This document shows, in pieces, positions 58,810 through 64,000 of a stretch of 64,000 nucleotides of DNA. The notes under the pieces are model-generated. The model saw nothing but the letters and a program-made list of their open reading frames with translations. It searched no databases and was not told where the DNA came from. Source of the stretch: a candidate division WWE3 bacterium (GTDB lineage Bacteria; Patescibacteriota; WWE3; UBA101185; UBA10185); assembly GCA_014729135.1 (NCBI GenBank), contig WJKK01000001.1, positions 64,593 to 128,592 of the forward strand. Direction: 5' to 3'. Position 1 is the stretch's first letter. Each line of letters opens with the position of its first letter. The position numbers were made by a program, and so were the translations under genes.

Positions 58810-59850
58810 ATGAACTTCATAAAACGAAACATCCCCATACTAATCACTGGAATCGCCCTACTAATCCTCTTTTTCATTATCATAGGACTGTCGCAAACAA
58901 AAGAACCTCAAACTCCAGGACTCTCCACAGTAACCGAAGCAGAACTTATAGCAGCACACACCTACATCCTGGGCTCACCCGATGCTGCCTTCAGCTTGGT
59001 CATGTTTGCAGACTTAACCTCCGCAAATCAAGCAGCTTACTATCAAACGCTGCAAAACCTCTATGGGGAAAACAGTCGCTACCTAAAAATTGCTCTTCGC
59101 CACATGCCTCAAAACGATCAGGCTAAACTAAGGGCAAAAGCAGCTCAAGCAGCAGGCGAGCAAGGCAAGTTTTGGGAGTTTGCGGAAGTACTTTACAACA
59201 GGGTCGAGGATGAGTTGAATTCGAAGGAGTTGTCAAAGATTGCGGAGGCGCTGGCCTTAAGCACAAAGGAGTTTGAGACAGATTTGAAGGATGAGGCTTT
59301 TGACACTGTTGTTGAAATGGATTTAAAGGATGCAAAAAAGCTTGAGCTGACAACGCCTCCGGAGTTTTTCCTAAATGAAGATAAATTAGCAGTTACGAGC
59401 CCTCAGGATTTGGAGCAGCAGGTTCAGGCGGAAATTGATCGAGTTAAGCAGTACCGTCTTAATCGGGAACGCTCCCAAACGGAGGATCCTAACGGTGACG
59501 GCGTTGAAACGGATGCGGGTAATCCGGCGGGAGGCGAGTCGAAGCCCGGCACAAATCTAAATGCGCGTCAGTTAAAGTGGCTGCAAACTGTAAAGGAAAT
59601 TAGCTTTACTGAAGAGGGATGGAATCCTAAGGAAGCTTCTGTTGTGAAAAATCAGGTGGTTCGCTGGACTAATACAACGGAGGAGGAGATTGAGATTGAG
59701 CAGCTGGATAAGCTTTATGATGATTTTGAGGAGAATAAGGTTATAGCGCCGGGGGAGACTTTGGAGTTTAAGTTTACTCGTCCGGGAGTGTGGCGCTATC
59801 AGGAGGCAGGTTCCCTTTCTTGGGGTATGGTTTTTGTTGAGAACTACTAG
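58810..59850 (+). CDS. Secreted/anchored DsbA-like thioredoxin-fold protein lacking CxxC, plus a C-terminal beta-sandwich (cupredoxin-like?) domain
   Basis: N-terminal TM. The expected CxxC position reads VMFADLTSANQ, with no Cys. C-terminal VVRWTNTTEEEIEI...GVWRYQEAGSLSWGMVFV. Confidence 0.45.
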   Translation: MNFIKRNIPILITGIALLILFFIIIGLSQTKEPQTPGLSTVTEAELIAAHTYILGSPDAAFSLVMFADLTSANQAAYYQTLQNLYGENSRYLKIALRHMPQNDQAKLRAKAAQAAGEQGKFWEFAEVLYNRVEDELNSKELSKIAEALALSTKEFETDLKDEAFDTVVEMDLKDAKKLELTTPPEFFLNEDKLAVTSPQDLEQQVQAEIDRVKQYRLNRERSQTEDPNGDGVETDAGNPAGGESKPGTNLNARQLKWLQTVKEISFTEEGWNPKEASVVKNQVVRWTNTTEEEIEIEQLDKLYDDFEENKVIAPGETLEFKFTRPGVWRYQEAGSLSWGMVFVENY

Positions 59851-59983
59851 GGAGTAGCTGGGGGAAGTATCCCACCCCCTCTTCACGTTTCGCTTCGATT
59901 TACGTTTGAAAAAAAAGTGGAAAATCTCGCTGCAAAAGTTCATCGGAGGGAGATACTTCCCCCAAAAACTATCCAAAGCTGCA

Positions 59984-60634
59984 TCAATCCTCAAGAGAAA
60001 AGGCGGAAGGGCACACCTCACTCAAAAAACACTCATCACACTTTGGACTTCGCGCCGTACACACATACCTCCCATGTAAAACCACAGAGGACGAGTAAAG
60101 CTGCCACATCTCCTTTGGTAAAAGCTCCATCAAATCCTGCTCCACCTTCTTAGGACGCGTCTCCTCTGTAAGGCCCAAGCGCTTGCTAACACGCTTAATA
60201 TGCGTATCAACAACGATACCCTCGGTTATTCCCCAAAGCTCCTGCAAAATCACGTTAGCACTTTTGCGGGCAATCCCGGGAAGACTAGTTAGATCTTTCA
60301 TGTTTTGAGGAACCTTACCGTTAAAGTCATGCACAATCTTGGTGGCGGTTTTTACCAGGCGCTCGCCTTTTGTTTTGTGATAGTTGACCCCATAAATATC
60401 CTTCTGCACTTGTGTAGGATCGGCGGAGGCAAGCGTTTGCCAATCCGGATATTTTTGAAAGAGAGTCTTTGTGATTTCGTTAACTTTCTTATCCGTTGTT
60501 TGCGCAGAAAGCATAACTGCAATAACCAGCTGCATTTCACCCTTGTAATTAAGCTCTATTTCAGGCTCGGGATAGTGCTTTTTAAGCAGGTCTAGTATTT
60601 TTTGTACTTCAGGCATGTATCTAGTATACGACAT
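59984..60634 (-). CDS. nth: Endonuclease III (Nth), [4Fe-4S] DNA glycosylase
   Basis: HhH-GPD region (LTSLPGIARKSANVIL), catalytic VDTHIKR, cluster C-x6-C-x2-C-x5-C (CTARSPKCDECFLSEVC). Confidence 0.9.
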   Translation of the reverse strand: MSYTRYMPEVQKILDLLKKHYPEPEIELNYKGEMQLVIAVMLSAQTTDKKVNEITKTLFQKYPDWQTLASADPTQVQKDIYGVNYHKTKGERLVKTATKIVHDFNGKVPQNMKDLTSLPGIARKSANVILQELWGITEGIVVDTHIKRVSKRLGLTEETRPKKVEQDLMELLPKEMWQLYSSSVVLHGRYVCTARSPKCDECFLSEVCPSAFSLED

Positions 60635-60640
60635 AAGGAG

Positions 60641-60669
60641 CGAACAAAAGGGGCAGTCCTCTTAAAGGA
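60641..60669. repeat. Degenerate solo copy of palindromic module A, just upstream of nth
   Basis: aggggcagtcctcttaaaggaatgtcaag. Confidence 0.35.
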
Positions 60670-60938
60670 ATGTCAAGCGTAGCAAAGCTACCTTGACTTC
60701 TTAGGTAAATGAGAGCGAAGCGATCATTTAGCTATGCTGTCCCCTAAATATGCTGTCCCTCCATCGAGCAAAGGCTTGACTTATAGAAAAAAGTGAAATA
60801 GACTCTGAATCAAGAAAGGACTCGGAGATGGGGTCTTTTCCTTTGGGGGCGTTCCCCAATTAGTTGTTTCAGGGAGCGCCCCTGAATCAATCTGTCGCCA
60901 CATTTCTCCCCAACTGCAAGTAACCGCAAACCCTACTC

Positions 60939-61745
60939 CTAAATCGCGTACTCCCCCAAAACCAACACCTCAAACATCCGCTGCCAATCACCAACAGACA
61001 AAGCCTGCGGCCGCTTAGTACCATCCACCGAAGAGCGCGCCAACTCCGCATCCGTAAAAGGCTTATTCAACATTTTCCGAGGCGTCTGAAACCCCTTATG
61101 CAAAAACCCCTCAAACTTATCTATCATATTCAAATCAGCAAGATACTCCGGCAGAGCCTCCCTACGAGTTAAACGAACAATTCCCCCATCCACTTTAGGC
61201 ACAGGCTTAAAAACCTCCCTGGGAACCTCCTTTAAATAATCCACCTCAAAAAACGTCTGCAAAAACACCGACAAATAAGAAGCATCCGGCGCCTTAGCAG
61301 AAATCTTTTCAGCAACCTCCTTTTGAATTAGCAGAACACACGTTTCGGGGAGGCGCGGCAGCTTCACCAGCATGTGCAAAATTGGAGAGGTGATGTAGTA
61401 AGGCAACGAACCTAAAACCTTAAAAGGAGTATTCTCCGCAGCAAATTCCTTAGCTTTTTTAGGCAACCACTCCAGAATATCCGCCTCTACAACAGAAACG
61501 TTAACCGTAGTTTTAAACATCTGCTCCAGTTTAGAAATGAAACGAGAATCTATTTCAACAGCATAAATTTTAGAACCGTACTCAAATAGAGCTTCTGAAA
61601 GCGTTTGAGTCACTGCCCCTAATCCAGGACCTATTTCAACAACAATGTCATCAGAGGCAAGCTGCAAGGAGTTAACCATGTATTTGGAAATGTCTTCGCT
61701 GAGCATGAAATTTTGACCTAGGGATTTTTTTGGTTTGTAAGGCAT
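60939..61745 (-). CDS. rsmA: 16S rRNA (adenine1518/1519-N6)-dimethyltransferase RsmA/KsgA
   Basis: KSLGQNFMLSEDI, VVEIGPGLGAVT. Start set at MPYKPKK (ATG at 61745); the longer ORF-track N-terminus lacks support. Confidence 0.85.
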   Translation of the reverse strand: MPYKPKKSLGQNFMLSEDISKYMVNSLQLASDDIVVEIGPGLGAVTQTLSEALFEYGSKIYAVEIDSRFISKLEQMFKTTVNVSVVEADILEWLPKKAKEFAAENTPFKVLGSLPYYITSPILHMLVKLPRLPETCVLLIQKEVAEKISAKAPDASYLSVFLQTFFEVDYLKEVPREVFKPVPKVDGGIVRLTRREALPEYLADLNMIDKFEGFLHKGFQTPRKMLNKPFTDAELARSSVDGTKRPQALSVGDWQRMFEVLVLGEYAI

Positions 61746-62075
61746 GTGGATATTATAAGGGATTTTTGGCGTAAAAAAGGGGGAAGTGAGGGGAAAACAC
61801 CCCTTTTGAGCGAATTTTGAAAAATCTAAAGGATAGATAAGAGAAACCCTCCTTTGAAAGAACTTTTGCAACGTAAAAGTTTGCAAAACTTTTGCGACTC
61901 ATCGACAATCCGTTAGTGACGGATTTCGATGTGGCTAACAAGTTGCAAAGCAACTTGTTAGAACTGTCTTTTTGGGTAACAAAAAAAGGAAGTTGAGCGA
62001 AACGTGAGAGAAAAGGAGGGTTTCTCTTAAAAGCAGCCTTAAAGGAATTTCCTTGAATGAATCTAAAGAAGCCTT

Positions 62076-64000
62076 TTACACCCAGTTAAAATCCCCGCGA
62101 TCATAATCCAGCTCATCCAAAAACTCCCCCACCGAAGACTGCTTCCTCAAAAACCTCCGCGTACCCGAACTCCCCTCAAAAACAAGCAACCCCTCATCAA
62201 TCTCACCAATAAAACGACTCGGCTGATTTGCCTGCACACTCCCAAAATAAACCCGCGACTTCGTATTCGTCATAAAAACCTTCTCCTTAGCCCGCGTAAT
62301 AGCCACATAACAAAGCCGACGCTCCTCCTCCAACTCCGCAACCTCCCCAATAGACTGACTATGCGGAAAAAGACCCTCCTCCATGCCCACCATAAAAATC
62401 AACGGAAACTCCAAACCCTTAGAAGCATGAATTGTCATTAAAGTAACAGCATCCAGCGAATGAGCATCCGGGCGATCAGCACTTTCAATTAACGAAACAT
62501 TCTCCAAAAACTCCCCCAAATCCTCAAACAAACCCGCCACAGAACGAAGCTCACGCAAGTTTTCCAGGCGCTCCTTATTTTCCTCCGAACCATCATCAAG
62601 CCACTCCAGATAGCCCGACTTCTCCAAAACCAGATCCAAAAGCTCCAAAGTAGTAGCCCCTTGCGCTGCTGCGGCAATCCACTTTTGCCAAGGCAACTTC
62701 GACTTCTCCTCAATAAGCTCAAGATCCCACCCCGAATCCTTAATCTTCCCAAGCGTCACCTTGCCAATCCCCCGAGTAGGCGTGTTAATAATGCGCTCCC
62801 AAGAAACCGCATCCTTAGGATTGTACAGGACCCGCAAATACGAAATTGCATCCTTAATTTCCTTTCGAGCATAGAAGCGAAAACCTCCAATAATCTTGTA
62901 AGGAATGCTTGATTTAATAAAAGCCTCCTCCAGATTTCGCGATTGAGCATTCGTCCGATATAAAACTGCTATGTCTTTATAAGAAGCTCCTTCAGAAACG
63001 GCATCCAGAATTTTATCCACCACAAAATCAGCTTCTGCCTTTTCGTTATAAGCCGTATAAACAGTCAGCTTTTCGCCTTGTCCATTTTGTGTATGCAAAT
63101 CCAGCGGGATGTGGCTGGAATTGTTGTTAATAACATGTTTTGCTGCATCCAAAATATTTTGAGTCGACCTATAATTTTCTTCCAAATTGTAAACCTGAGC
63201 ATCTTTATAATCGCTTTGAAAATTTAAAATATTGCGATAATCGGCTCCTCTAAAGCTGTAAATTGCCTGTGCCATATCGCCCACTACGTATAAATTGCGA
63301 TGCTTTTTAGCCAGAAGCTTTGTTATGGAGTATTGCGCTTTGTTAGTGTCCTGATACTCGTCAACCAAAACATGCTGAAAAAAGTTTTGATATTTGGCTA
63401 AAACTTGCGGATGCTCTACAAAAAGCCGAACCGTTTCCATAAGCAAGTCGTCAAAATCTAGCGCTTTATTTTTGCGGAGGCGCTTTTGATATTCGTGATA
63501 AATTTTTGCTGCTGTTCTTTGAAAGTAACCTTTAGCATAGCCGCTATATTCCAGCGGGGTAACTAATTCGGTTTTGGCCCCTGAAATAGCATATAAAACT
63601 GCTTTCGGCCGGATCTTCTTGGAGTCGATGCCAAAGTCTTTAATTATGGTTTTTACAAGGGCTCTTTGGTCGTAGGTGTCGTAAATTACGAAATCGTTGG
63701 GAATTCCCAGATGCTTGCCGTCCCGCCGGAGGATTCGTGAGCTAATGGAGTGAAACGTGCCACTCCAGGAGAGTTTGCCGGAAAAGGTGTCTAAAAGGTG
63801 GCCAACGCGTTCTTTAATTTCGCCGGCAGCTTTGTTGGTAAAGGTTACAGCTAGAATGTTTTGTTGCGGGATGTTTTTTGTGTGGATTAGGTAGGCCACG
63901 CGATGTGTAAGTACGCGAGTTTTACCACTTCCGGGGCCGGCTACTACTAGAGCAGGGCCGTTTTGGTGCTCTACTGCTGCTTTTTGCTGTGGGTTTAGTT
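62076..64000 (-). CDS. UvrD/PcrA/Rep-family superfamily-1 DNA helicase, 5'-partial: the N-terminus lies beyond the window end
   Basis: The frame stays open to nt 64000 (…NGPALVVAGPGSGKTRVLTHRVAYLIH = Walker A); the ORF-track start is an internal GTG. Motifs TFTNKAA, DEYQDTN, VGDMAQAIYSFRGA, TIHASKGLEFP. Confidence 0.85.
   Translation of the reverse strand, partial: LNPQQKAAVEHQNGPALVVAGPGSGKTRVLTHRVAYLIHTKNIPQQNILAVTFTNKAAGEIKERVGHLLDTFSGKLSWSGTFHSISSRILRRDGKHLGIPNDFVIYDTYDQRALVKTIIKDFGIDSKKIRPKAVLYAISGAKTELVTPLEYSGYAKGYFQRTAAKIYHEYQKRLRKNKALDFDDLLMETVRLFVEHPQVLAKYQNFFQHVLVDEYQDTNKAQYSITKLLAKKHRNLYVVGDMAQAIYSFRGADYRNILNFQSDYKDAQVYNLEENYRSTQNILDAAKHVINNNSSHIPLDLHTQNGQGEKLTVYTAYNEKAEADFVVDKILDAVSEGASYKDIAVLYRTNAQSRNLEEAFIKSSIPYKIIGGFRFYARKEIKDAISYLRVLYNPKDAVSWERIINTPTRGIGKVTLGKIKDSGWDLELIEEKSKLPWQKWIAAAAQGATTLELLDLVLEKSGYLEWLDDGSEENKERLENLRELRSVAGLFEDLGEFLENVSLIESADRPDAHSLDAVTLMTIHASKGLEFPLIFMVGMEEGLFPHSQSIGEVAELEEERRLCYVAITRAKEKVFMTNTKSRVYFGSVQANQPSRFIGEIDEGLLVFEGSSGTRRFLRKQSSVGEFLDELDYDRGDFNWV

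Overview
This ~40% GC window looks like a reduced-genome, CPR/Patescibacteria-like bacterium; that phylum assignment is an inference from the rRNA architecture, not a database hit. Roughly 60% housekeeping and 40% accessory content.

Main content, by coordinate:
- 1-4.5 kb: a partial giant polytopic membrane protein and a GT2 glycosyltransferase.
- 4.65-6.1 kb: a ~1.3 kb island at ~62-65% GC carrying two genes with strong AAGGAGG ribosome-binding sites and Pro/Ala-rich composition, flanked by hairpins.
- 7.0-12.6 kb: a defense/toxin-antitoxin island. Two paralogous AAA+ ATPase genes with C-terminal PD-(D/E)xK-like regions (COG1373/DUF4143 family) flank an AbiEi/AbiEii pair, each ATPase with a shared palindromic upstream element, followed by a Phd/YefM-PIN pair.
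- 12.7-19.1 kb: conserved clpC-radA-yacL(PIN-TRAM) synteny, then rpsA.
- 19.2-32.0 kb: a fragmented rRNA locus on the minus strand.
  - 5S, then a 23S carrying a group I intron with a LAGLIDADG homing endonuclease.
  - tRNA-Ala, then two protein-coding genes (GT4 glycosyltransferase and a RelA/SpoT homolog) sitting between tRNA-Ala and tRNA-Ile.
  - A ~3.0 kb 16S with three insertions: one LAGLIDADG intron plus two related ORF-less elements, one of which splits the 515F primer site.
- 32-64 kb:
  - a CPA2 antiporter;
  - a putative aminopropyltransferase-AdoMetDC fusion;
  - a secreted Asp-box propeller + M23 peptidase;
  - mnmA;
  - a PLC-like/HEPN-like convergent pair;
  - a Ca2+ P-type ATPase with a CaCA exchanger;
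  - a second GT4 glycosyltransferase;
  - fpg and recF;
  - a Fic-like protein with a degenerate motif;
  - lgt;
  - rpiB, rpe and a split transketolase with a gene inserted between its halves;
  - a PfkB kinase;
  - a D-2-hydroxyacid dehydrogenase;
  - nth and rsmA;
  - a UvrD-like helicase running off the 3' edge.

A family of intergenic palindromic modules (GGACWGTCC-N7-GGACWGTCC and TTCTAGTTTAACTAGAA) forms two MITE-like composite elements and two solo copies. Coordinates of the RNA features are approximate, to within about 10 nt.
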